From a virus (Duplodnaviria > Caudoviricetes): a stretch of 42,396 nt of DNA. The first letter of the stretch is position 1, and each line of letters begins with the position of its first letter. The stretch spans positions 1 through 42,396 of IMG/VR virus record IMGVR_UViG_3300029183_000433, one strand, 5' to 3'. The notes beneath the pieces were generated by a model that saw only the letters and a list, made by a program, of their open reading frames with translations, was not told where the DNA came from and did not search any database. The position numbers and the translations under genes were made by a program. Below, piece after piece: positions 29,701 to 37,306 of this stretch.

Positions 29701-30135
29701 CGCACGAGCAATCGAGATCACTCCGCTAGGAGCGTCCTCACCCAAGTCCTCTGTGTGGATTTTCAGCCTGCGTAGAGTCTTACGCTTATCCTCGAACGTT
29801 ACGTTGACGACTGTGCCACCAATACTAGTCGTGTAGTCCGAGTGCGTGATCGTGCCACGCATCAAGAAGTCTCCTACATAGACTTCAAGCTCACGTCCAA
29901 TGTTGGGTAGTTGTCCAGACGCCCCGTGGAACTCAGTCGTGCCACACGGGATCCATTCTGTCTGGAAACGGTGAGGCTCTAGGCCAAACCCGAACGACGC
30001 ATTAGCATTAGACAGGAACGCACAAAGATTCCCACCGGGGCCGCCAGTAAACTGCCCGGACGGCCACTCAATACCGTTGAGCGGGGCTCCTACCCCGCTG
30101 ACGGTAATCGCACTAGAGTCGAATACGAGTGCCAT
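26776..30135 (-). CDS. Putative tail tip / baseplate hub protein (1119 aa)
   Basis: Position downstream of the tape measure; hub-like segment RMLQDAGYDWYW; about 19 SG. Confidence 0.7.
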   Translation of the reverse strand: MALVFDSSAITVSGVGAPLNGIEWPSGQFTGGPGGNLCAFLSNANASFGFGLEPHRFQTEWIPCGTTEFHGASGQLPNIGRELEVYVGDFLMRGTITHSDYTTSIGGTVVNVTFEDKRKTLRRLKIHTEDLGEDAPSGVISIARAYRVNNGLTDVNGDPSDPLIREYERILQFGATYTQVLAAVDLHFTEGKAWIPATELPTAQQIEENIGGGADAIRWQFNLSPLDEAMTRMLQDAGYDWYWNMDAEKISLISRKVVFDISENDILDLVSQFGSGSGLNETKQLGFGNDVVPDPTRFRVIGGHMEGFVNSDLLSPLDGLDTSGLDGGLVFSPVWDQISIGFYDAGGFYRTYTPVEKELQLALAGIEQWSYFKIYQEAPESNDPPGYELDGDAGSVAAQHPSFQSRLDPLMPLGGLADGAAESGIRVISNRRDAEHNWTLAWYQRVHSHASRHYGRSYVLENFVFNEASGLFKPIEAAWSNIENQVQGFDLSPSGSVATSGIFTEGYEINRDLGPISPFVTNDFRVRAHCKLPVDTVYGPQGDDVPAAFGDWTEDAPPFNPDGDGSHYIPVDIVVVGQKVINPRSDELYGFEQFPEGTLWCQLPINAGPSGGLVSDTVITSLDTLLTINDKLTGSGLRDLINPAVVLNAYEALSGVAVPVQARSRYGQAYPSEWVLGDKHYERDEDVQLDDQFVPWAFSPVGQQTSLDIMTERAIRRVEGKIVPLSSSRYADFSQVGLPLLSFDSFAGQSIGPSGFYGETTHGVNEVNITFGLDGFQTRYKIQSYFPKFGKEAPRGERVRAELNGILNPIDFVDLELLNQGVDNEFPDIPDNPFPPPPFVGDDQRAVRVTISEVNNTFELTSTPGTEEDERYRGIDQNGYTKPPTALDSGNDDFKEGAICIDGFLNIDDDALYHTDEFELPGGNTVLRYFTQGRPFGNGTIVEVERTNGDNYDVTIVDPTAASNGYERAIFDVAVLNGTVSLNDKTTLAVQGDGPVKPGASNGTIFINGTTQDAQAGVTPVEIVSVTEQGTQDALAVCKELGIGSDGRFDLGSGQTFLNVIPIPFREFAASGDRGFLTTPTSVPSGGFGKTGPVSFVEIVRAPLRRFAAPAGGGGGGLD

Positions 30136-30138
30136 CCC

Positions 30139-33100
30139 TTACCCCTTGTAGAAATCGATACCTGGCTCCAAACTGTCGCACCAGATGAACCCGCGACTAT
30201 CTCTAATACACCAAACAGGACGGTAAACGCCAGGTTCAGTGTACCCGTGGATCGGGTTCAGAGTCGTCGTGGTCTGTCCGTCGTCGAACGTCAGCAGTTT
30301 ACTTACAATCGACACACCCGGCGGTAGTGCTTCAACCCTCGTCTCGAAAGCTACATTCAGAGCAGCCTCGCCGATTTGCGGCACGCCAGATAGGCTGATA
30401 AGTGCTTCCGGGATACCCGATGCAGCGTTGACGAATCGCGTTGCCGAATTGTGAATGCCGTCCGAGTCAATCGCTGTAAAGCGAACGACATAGAAGCCGC
30501 TCTGGGCGAAGTTGTGCTGCACAGGGTAGCAGCCAGCACCACTCTCCGCGACCTCGACCGTCGGACTCAGATCTCCAAAGTTCCAGATCGTCTTCGTGAT
30601 CGTCTTGTCCTGTGTGCCCGACGCCTTACCAATGAAGTATTGGTTGAACGGCGGCACTAGACCCTCAACCGTCTGACCCGGGATGATGATCTCCACCAAC
30701 GGGATCGACTCTTCCTGAAAAACAACAGCTTTAGCATCGAAATCACTGGTTAGCGAAACGGTCGATTCTAGCTGGGCGTCGAAGTCCTGGGCAGCAAGAG
30801 CTTTGACTACATAGTACGCATCAAAGTCTTCACCGGCTGCAAGGCCGCCGATCGTCACACCGCCGAGAACACCGCTGGTCAAGATAGAGCCGAACGACAT
30901 ACCGCCAACGATACCACTGCCAGCGAAAGCCGAGAACATGTGACCGCCAAGCAGGCCAGACCCAAGATCCTGAGCTTGCAGATAGCCGCCAACGATACCC
31001 GACCCAATCTCGGCGGCAAGCATCATGCCACCAAGGATACCGGAGCCAGTGTCTTGAGCACGCAAGTAGCCACCAAGCATGCCGGTCGTCACGATGACGC
31101 CAGACGAGAAGCCGCCAACAATGCCGCTAACCTGGATTGAGCCGAGCTGGTAGCCACCAAGGATGCCAGAACCAGTGTCCTGAGATCTCACATAGCTACC
31201 GACGATGCCCGAACCGGTATCCTGACCGAACGAGAAGCCACCAATGATTCCGCTAGCCTCCGTCGAGAACGGAGAAATGATTCCGTTGTACGCCAAGAAA
31301 CGCACTTCGTCATGAGTAAGCGGAGCTGAGAAATAAGCGAAGTCGGTCAAAACTCCGTGCGACTCAGCGACAGTAACGTCCCACTCCCAAGGCTCAATCA
31401 TCGGAGCCATCAAGCTAATCATTCTCGTCGCCGTGTTAGTGGGACGACGGAATTTCTGACCAGCCATGTCTACTTCGTGCGACAAAACGCCATTGAAGTA
31501 CGCACGAGTCGTACCGCTGCCAGTGGGGTCATATGTCCACGCATAGTGATCCCACGAATCCAAGTGCCCAGGAGGGTTGAATCCTTTGTGGTTCGTGTTC
31601 CAGATCCGATCAAGCTCTTCGGTCTTACTGTTGAAGTTACCGCATCTAATTGAGTTCTGTCGCTCGACATCTCCGATGGGGTTCAGGTTCATATCCCCAT
31701 TGAGAGAAATCTGCATCACAAAGTTCTCGGAGCTATTGAGCACAATCGCCCAACTAGCATCGACGGACTGTGTCGTACCGACACCGGTCGGCACACGACC
31801 GAAACTTACGGGTACACGAGCGGAAGAAGCACTACTGACATCTTCCCGCATTGCATACCAGAACGCTACTGTAAAGCCTTCATCCGGCTTAGTAAACGGC
31901 TCCCCAGAAGCAACGAACGGAGCTACGGCGTTCGCATCTAGAACAGGGAAGTCTCCTGCAAAAGTGATGCCACTACATTGCAAGTTGAGATCGTTTCCGG
32001 CTAGCGGACCACCCACATATCGCAGATTGTGTGCCGTGTTATCACTAACACTAGCAAACGCATTCGCCTCAGCAATTTCACGAGCAAGATGAACTAGCGG
32101 CTGCTCTTTTGGTGTCAAGTCCAGAGCACCAGACTGGCCGCCAGCAAAGCGACAGTATGCCTCAAGGTTTGTCGCTGTAGTCGCGATGGATGTCGTTGCG
32201 AAGCCTTGGTTGTTGACATATCCCTGAATCGAAGGAGACTCATTGATACCATTGGTAGCCAAGTGTTCTAGATCTGCCTCAGTGAACCTACCACGCATAA
32301 TGAATGCATTACGCATGTAGATGTCCCCAAAACCAGCCTCACGGGCACTGATAACTGATGCGGCCGTATCGTCTACAGCGATACCACCAAAATCCATCAC
32401 CCAGTCAGAAGATGTGCTATTCGGCGTGTCGTTCGACGTGAAGAATCCGTTAGTCCACGGAACCACTTTACGATCGGCGATCTGTCCGTCAACGTACAGA
32501 GTAGTGATAGCGGGCGGCAAAGACCCTGCCGTCTTCACGTACGGATTGGCAGACTTGACGTGGAACAGAACTCTGTTGGGAACACCAAAGACGAGATTAC
32601 CAGAACACGACAGATTGACACTGCTCGTGCCTCCCTGCGTGCCACCAAACACCATGGTGACCCCAGACGGTCCGGTTGATCCACCAGCAGCATCCTGACC
32701 CGGAGGATCCGGACTGTTGGCATTGATACTCGTAAGCCATCCAGCGTATGCGTCTTGCGTGCCCTCATGCCAGGCCCACAAGATACAGTTCATTGACGGA
32801 TCATTACTCTCAGACCAAAGGTCGAAGATCGGAGGAATCGCTCCGCTCGGAGTTACCTCGAAAGAGAGGACAAACTCTTCATGGAAGTTCTGAGGAGCTT
32901 GATCTCTATCTTCGTGACAGATGTCGAATCTAGCCTGCGGGTTACTAAACGACGAACGACGGTTTGTGGTAATGACCGAAGTGATCGGATACATACCACG
33001 ACTTCCACCTTTGATGCTCCACGCACCAGATGTCATTCCCAGATTGCCAAAACTAGCAAGCTCAGGAGGCGTATCTCGCAAACGACCAAAGTAGTCGATC

Positions 33101-35121
33101 TCGAAGAACGCACTCTCATTGTCAGCCTTACCAGCTTCATAGATAGAGTGCTGCCAAATGTGCTCACTTACCGACGGCGAAAGCGGAGCTGCGTTGTCCT
33201 GGAACGGCGACGCACGATCAGGAATGATCCCGCCATTCGGCTCAGTTCCTTTCCAGAAGCCTCTTCGACTTGGATCGTGAACTGTGTAGCTGAGAACGGA
33301 CGTATCGATGCCAGACACCGCAAGTGCCCGCATTTCCTGAGGTTCAAGTGGTCTCCGGAAAATGGATACATCGGCCATCGACATATCTTCTGCGGGATCC
33401 GTCACGAAATCATCCGGCAGAATACTGTTGACAGCATTACCGTCTACACCCCCCATAAAGTAGATCGGATAACCGCTACCAAACAAGTTGTTCATCTGAG
33501 AGCCGAACGCATGCGTTAGCGTTCCACTCTCTTGCAGTAGACCGTCAATATAGAGAGCGACACCATTAGTCTGTGCATCGTGGACTACACCATAATGCAC
33601 ATGAGTCTTACGCCAAAGGTCACCATTTGCGTTACTCAGCTCAAGGATATCTTCCTTGACTCCACGCTGATAGAACCTAACACGATGGTTGAAAGTGCTG
33701 CTGTTAGGACCACCCTGAATGCCACCAATCGAATCAATGATATTGGACGTTTCAGTGCTACCAATAGCTCCAAGCGACAGAACGGCGTTGTGTCCGAACA
33801 CACCAAGACCGCCAACGCCCACATGACAACCGATAGTGAAGCTGCCATTTCCATCCATCAAGGCGTTAGCAACACCACTAATCGTTCCCATCGCCCCCAC
33901 CGGGTTACTAGAAGTGTTAGCAACCCCACCACGATCAAAAGCGGACGGACATCCAGCCGGGAAAGATGAACTTCCACCCTCATCCGCCACGTAGATCATG
34001 GGGAAATGGTTTCGACTGGCGTCAACATAGCCAGGCGACTGGAAAGGGTAGTAAGCCACGAGATGGTGATCCGTGATCGTTACCGCCTTTTCTTTGCCAA
34101 CAATGGGGTGTGTCGCGTCATCGGGCTGTAGACCACCAGCACCGTGAAGCTCTTCCACTTCTACGGCAGATAGAGGACGCTCAAACCAATATACGCCAGA
34201 TACTAGATGCTGCCAACCGTTCACACGGTTGTACGCATTCGCCGTATCGCCACCCTCGTCTTGAACGGCACCCAACGCCAGTGGAGTATCTCCAAACTGA
34301 GAAGTGCTGGGCGGCGACGATGGAATAACCATCTTGTGAGAGTCTGTCGTTTCTGTGATCTGATTTGTACCAACAAGCTGACCGTCTTTGTACAGCGTGT
34401 ACGAGTACAGTTCACTGGAACCGTTATCCACCTCATGAACAAAGGTCAAGTGGACGGGGCGACCAGACTCAATAGGCGTATCAATGTGTGTACTATCAGC
34501 ACCACCAGCAACAGTCGTCTCGCCACCAAAGCCATGCAAGAAGGCACGCAACTGATGTGGACCACCCTCATAGTCAGAGTCGTACTGGTATCCACCAGTC
34601 AATAGTCCGGACACGCCAATCGTAAAACCGTTATCTTGGTCTCCTTGTCGAGTGAGCAATCCATGAGCACGAGCTAGCCCACGAAGAGTTTGCTCTCCTC
34701 CTGGACCATCACTACCGAAGTCACCCCAACCATCAGTTCGAGGGTTGATCCAGATGCCAACCGTGAAACCACTACCAGTCACATCGGGCGGGATACCGAA
34801 ACGACGAGAACCAAAGTTGCCATCACCACATACGAGGTACTTGAAAGTGCGTCGGTCGTTGTTTCCCCGTTCGTATCGACCTTGTAGTCTTAGACCGCCA
34901 TAAGTGGTGCCAGACGCATCGTCAAACTCAGTATCGTAACCAGGCCAAGCACCGCGAATAGAGTCGGGATCGTTCTCAACTGAACGAGCTACGTGGAAAT
35001 CGAAATTCTGACCGCTAAGACCAATAGCTGTTCTCGGGGCATAATTGAACCAGAACGGCGAACCGCTCGGCTCGTGTAGGGGCCAAAACCCAACGAGAGA
35101 GTAGTCATTAGCAAACGTCAT
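30139..35121 (-). CDS. Large virion adhesin: 4 LamG/ConA-like domains, 14-aa repeat stalk, 2 PKD domains
   Basis: Four units starting LVGFWPL / LVAYYPF / RRGFWKG / LEAYCRF, each with LY(K/I/V)DG or YFNG and an RPLSxxEV-like end; C-terminal WNFGD..HNFAQSGFY and TFDDG..HGYTEPGVY. Confidence 0.85.
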   Translation of the reverse strand: MTFANDYSLVGFWPLHEPSGSPFWFNYAPRTAIGLSGQNFDFHVARSVENDPDSIRGAWPGYDTEFDDASGTTYGGLRLQGRYERGNNDRRTFKYLVCGDGNFGSRRFGIPPDVTGSGFTVGIWINPRTDGWGDFGSDGPGGEQTLRGLARAHGLLTRQGDQDNGFTIGVSGLLTGGYQYDSDYEGGPHQLRAFLHGFGGETTVAGGADSTHIDTPIESGRPVHLTFVHEVDNGSSELYSYTLYKDGQLVGTNQITETTDSHKMVIPSSPPSTSQFGDTPLALGAVQDEGGDTANAYNRVNGWQHLVSGVYWFERPLSAVEVEELHGAGGLQPDDATHPIVGKEKAVTITDHHLVAYYPFQSPGYVDASRNHFPMIYVADEGGSSSFPAGCPSAFDRGGVANTSSNPVGAMGTISGVANALMDGNGSFTIGCHVGVGGLGVFGHNAVLSLGAIGSTETSNIIDSIGGIQGGPNSSTFNHRVRFYQRGVKEDILELSNANGDLWRKTHVHYGVVHDAQTNGVALYIDGLLQESGTLTHAFGSQMNNLFGSGYPIYFMGGVDGNAVNSILPDDFVTDPAEDMSMADVSIFRRPLEPQEMRALAVSGIDTSVLSYTVHDPSRRGFWKGTEPNGGIIPDRASPFQDNAAPLSPSVSEHIWQHSIYEAGKADNESAFFEIDYFGRLRDTPPELASFGNLGMTSGAWSIKGGSRGMYPITSVITTNRRSSFSNPQARFDICHEDRDQAPQNFHEEFVLSFEVTPSGAIPPIFDLWSESNDPSMNCILWAWHEGTQDAYAGWLTSINANSPDPPGQDAAGGSTGPSGVTMVFGGTQGGTSSVNLSCSGNLVFGVPNRVLFHVKSANPYVKTAGSLPPAITTLYVDGQIADRKVVPWTNGFFTSNDTPNSTSSDWVMDFGGIAVDDTAASVISAREAGFGDIYMRNAFIMRGRFTEADLEHLATNGINESPSIQGYVNNQGFATTSIATTATNLEAYCRFAGGQSGALDLTPKEQPLVHLAREIAEANAFASVSDNTAHNLRYVGGPLAGNDLNLQCSGITFAGDFPVLDANAVAPFVASGEPFTKPDEGFTVAFWYAMREDVSSASSARVPVSFGRVPTGVGTTQSVDASWAIVLNSSENFVMQISLNGDMNLNPIGDVERQNSIRCGNFNSKTEELDRIWNTNHKGFNPPGHLDSWDHYAWTYDPTGSGTTRAYFNGVLSHEVDMAGQKFRRPTNTATRMISLMAPMIEPWEWDVTVAESHGVLTDFAYFSAPLTHDEVRFLAYNGIISPFSTEASGIIGGFSFGQDTGSGIVGSYVRSQDTGSGILGGYQLGSIQVSGIVGGFSSGVIVTTGMLGGYLRAQDTGSGILGGMMLAAEIGSGIVGGYLQAQDLGSGLLGGHMFSAFAGSGIVGGMSFGSILTSGVLGGVTIGGLAAGEDFDAYYVVKALAAQDFDAQLESTVSLTSDFDAKAVVFQEESIPLVEIIIPGQTVEGLVPPFNQYFIGKASGTQDKTITKTIWNFGDLSPTVEVAESGAGCYPVQHNFAQSGFYVVRFTAIDSDGIHNSATRFVNAASGIPEALISLSGVPQIGEAALNVAFETRVEALPPGVSIVSKLLTFDDGQTTTTLNPIHGYTEPGVYRPVWCIRDSRGFIWCDSLEPGIDFYKG
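30835..31254 (-). repeat. Ten tandem 42-nt (14-aa) coding repeats, consensus SGI(V/L)GG-x8
   Basis: SGIIGGFSFGQDTG / SGIVGSYVRSQDTG / SGILGGYQLGSIQV / SGIVGGFSSGVIVT / TGMLGGYLRAQDTG / SGILGGMMLAAEIG / SGIVGGYLQAQDLG / SGLLGGHMFSAFAG / SGIVGGMSFGSILT / SGVLGGVTIGGLAA. Confidence 0.92.
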
Positions 35122-35601
35122 TCAAACGGTCTCCATTACGCAGTAGTCACCAGTGTACGGCGACACGCGGTATCGTCTTATGACATTGCCTCCACCATCC
35201 AGGATGTCCAAGTTGATGAAGATGCAGTTGGGTCCATCGACCACGTCTTTGGACGCGATCCACCCCGGAGGATTTCCTTCCATTTCCAGGGTGTAGTATT
35301 CGGTCAAGTAGCAATGACGATCAGCGTCTGACCACTCTTCGGGAGACAGGTAGCATTCACCTTCGAAGAAGTCTTGGGGGTCAGAGCTGCGGAATGCTCG
35401 AAAGCGAGCCAAACCATCGTCGCCATCAGGGAACTTGACGATGATCCCTTCGTAGATCATCAGGTCATTCGCACCAGTGCCACCTAGACGAAACTTCTCA
35501 TCATCGTCCTTGTGACAGATGATGTGGTGGTTCTCACCGAAGTGAGTGGTAAACGACAACCTACCGGCATTACCGGTATATTCAAAGTTAGCGGTTTTCA
35601 T
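35122..35601 (-). CDS. Hypothetical protein (159 aa), possible assembly factor
   Basis: Start reassigned to ATG 35601 (MKTANF) after the GAGGAG RBS; the longer track ORF runs through the terminator. Confidence 0.72.
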   Translation of the reverse strand: MKTANFEYTGNAGRLSFTTHFGENHHIICHKDDDEKFRLGGTGANDLMIYEGIIVKFPDGDDGLARFRAFRSSDPQDFFEGECYLSPEEWSDADRHCYLTEYYTLEMEGNPPGWIASKDVVDGPNCIFINLDILDGGGNVIRRYRVSPYTGDYCVMETV

Positions 35602-35641
35602 CCTTGCTCCTCGGGCTAAGCAGTAGCTACACCCAAGAAGA

Positions 35642-35651
35642 AGTACACTAA
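35642..35651 (-). promoter_or_regulatory. Putative late-promoter motif TTAGTGTACT, copy 2
   Basis: Immediately after the hairpin and about 40 nt upstream of ATG 35601; a second GGTGTA follows. Confidence 0.45.
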
Positions 35652-35657
35652 CGACAA

Positions 35658-35681
35658 TGGGCCGCCCCGAAGGACGGCCCA
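35658..35681 (-). terminator. Stable cUUCGg hairpin (terminator or processing/stability element)
   Basis: Minus strand TGGGCCGTCC-TTCG-GGGCGGCCCA followed by a weak U-tract (TTGTCGTT), 30 nt after the stop at 35711. Confidence 0.75.
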
Positions 35682-35710
35682 CCGTGTTCTCCCGTTCAGG
35701 AGATGTTCAC

Positions 35711-35899
35711 TTAGCTAAGCAGAGTGAACGGATCACCAGTCGAAACGCCAGTGCCCAGGTTCTCAAGGGCATCACCCACGACACCGTGACGAGCGACGCT
35801 GCCGCTGGCACGATCCGTACGTAGTTCGAGCTTGGTGCTCCAACCCCAGATTACTTGGTTGACGTTGTTGGTGCTAGAGGTTCCGTTGAATGTTGCCAT
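35711..35899 (-). CDS. Small (62 aa) putative virion protein
   Basis: MATFNGTSSTNNVNQVIWGWSTKLELRTDRASGS...; strong AGGAGG RBS; flanked by the motif and the hairpin. Confidence 0.75.
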   Translation of the reverse strand: MATFNGTSSTNNVNQVIWGWSTKLELRTDRASGSVARHGVVGDALENLGTGVSTGDPFTLLS

Positions 35900-35962
35900 T
35901 TCATTCCTCCTGCAAGTTGCTTCGAAGCGGGCACCCCACATGGGCACCCCGGCCAATTAGCT

Positions 35963-35972
35963 AATACACTAA
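35963..35972 (-). promoter_or_regulatory. Putative late-promoter motif TTAGTGTATT, copy 3
   Basis: Overlaps the stop codon of 35969..36580; about 65 nt upstream of ATG 35899. Confidence 0.5.
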
Positions 35973-36580
35973 AGTGGGTAGAAGTCGAAAGCTAGGCCGA
36001 TATTGATCTGTCCAGACCCACAGATGCCAAACGCTCCCAAGGGTGCTCCCAGAGGTACGAGAACGTTCATATACACATACTGGGATGCGTTGAAATCATC
36101 CTCACCCTCTAGACCGGCTGCCCCGTCCTGTCTCCGTAGGTTTGGAACCGCTGGGATTGTCGTGGAAAGCTCTGGAGCAATGCCGGAAGGCAGAACAGAG
36201 CCTGGTTGCCAGATACCACTAGCTGTAAACTGGACAATAGCAGGATCCAGTCCTTGGTCCTTGCTCGCCAATAGCCCTGTATTGTCTTTGAGGTATAGCC
36301 GCATGTTGCTGATCGCAACGCCACTACTCCCCAGACTGATGGTTACAGCCGTAACTTTCGACTCCAGATGCGACGGCAACGGCGTCTGCGTCAAGTCAAA
36401 AGTCGTCCCCTCGAACTGTAGCGTACCAGACGTGCCAGCCCCAGCGTAAGTCTGGCAGCCACGAGCCAACCGCTGCTTGAAGGCAAACGCTCCCCCTTCA
36501 AGATGCCGCGTCCCTGCCGGGTCGGCGATCTCTGCTGTATCCCACTCAAAGAAGCGGACAATCGGGGGTTCAGTTGACAT
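35969..36580 (-). CDS. Putative tail protein, paralog of 36743..37306
   Basis: Shares DP(A/S)GxR, NMR(L/F)(Y/F)L, SQY(V/A)Y and terminal (F/Y)DF motifs with its paralog. Confidence 0.78.
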   Translation of the reverse strand: MSTEPPIVRFFEWDTAEIADPAGTRHLEGGAFAFKQRLARGCQTYAGAGTSGTLQFEGTTFDLTQTPLPSHLESKVTAVTISLGSSGVAISNMRLYLKDNTGLLASKDQGLDPAIVQFTASGIWQPGSVLPSGIAPELSTTIPAVPNLRRQDGAAGLEGEDDFNASQYVYMNVLVPLGAPLGAFGICGSGQINIGLAFDFYPL

Positions 36581-36746
36581 ACTCTCTTCTTAGCCTTTCT
36601 TGCTCATCTTCTGGCACTGGAAAGAGCTTGCCCATGTACGATCTGACAAACATCGCACGATCACCAAGCACCATGAGCTTAACGCCTCTCGGCAGCTTCT
36701 TAGGAGCCTCTTCGTCCGTCTTGCGTAGTTTGATCTCGTCTGTCAT
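36570..36746 (-). CDS. Small charged hypothetical protein (58 aa)
   Basis: Not in the track. MTDEIKLRKTDEEAPKKLPRGVKLMVLGDRAMFVRSYMGKLFPVPEDEQERLRREYVN*; ATGA overlap upstream. Confidence 0.7.
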   Translation of the reverse strand: MTDEIKLRKTDEEAPKKLPRGVKLMVLGDRAMFVRSYMGKLFPVPEDEQERLRREYVN

Positions 36747-37306
36747 GAGAAGTCGTAGAGTAGTCGGTACCTGAATGATCCGGCACCAGCACCGCCGTAC
36801 GTGCCCGCTGGCACATCATTGCCCACAAGCGTCGCGATGTAGGCGTACTGCGATACGTCGTTGTCAAGTACGCCGCTCATCCACGGCTGTCCGTTCGGAA
36901 ACTGCGGCTCTTGAATAGTGCCCAACAGGTTCGTGGTAGCCGGAACTACAACGGGCGTGTCATTGTCTCCAGCAGTCAGACTGATACCGCCTTGCTGGAA
37001 ATGCAGCTCTTTCCTTTCCAGGAACCGGAACGTGCCCACTCCCCACGCACTTGTGTTGATTAGGAAGAACCGCATATTGAAAATGCCACTCGCATCGCCC
37101 ATAGCGGAAGCACGAGCATAGACACACGCGGTGTCGCTCACCACTGTACCGTCGGTATTGTTGAGGGTACCGAATGACAGTTCGCCTCCAGCCGACGTGT
37201 TGACTACCTTCAAGAAACCAGCGGCACCACTGTTGATGTCACGGAAACCCGAGGGATCAATCGTCGGATCTTGGCTAACCCACTCTACTGTCGGGAAGGT
37301 TACCAT
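36743..37306 (-). CDS. Putative tail protein, paralog of 35969..36580
   Basis: Shared motifs as listed for the paralog; TAATG coupling. Confidence 0.78.
   Translation of the reverse strand: MVTFPTVEWVSQDPTIDPSGFRDINSGAAGFLKVVNTSAGGELSFGTLNNTDGTVVSDTACVYARASAMGDASGIFNMRFFLINTSAWGVGTFRFLERKELHFQQGGISLTAGDNDTPVVVPATTNLLGTIQEPQFPNGQPWMSGVLDNDVSQYAYIATLVGNDVPAGTYGGAGAGSFRYRLLYDFS

Noticed and set aside
30835-31254. Tandem 42-nt repeats as a CRISPR array or DGR-type repeat
   Set aside because: They are in-frame coding repeats that are degenerate at synonymous positions, with no spacers and no reverse transcriptase.
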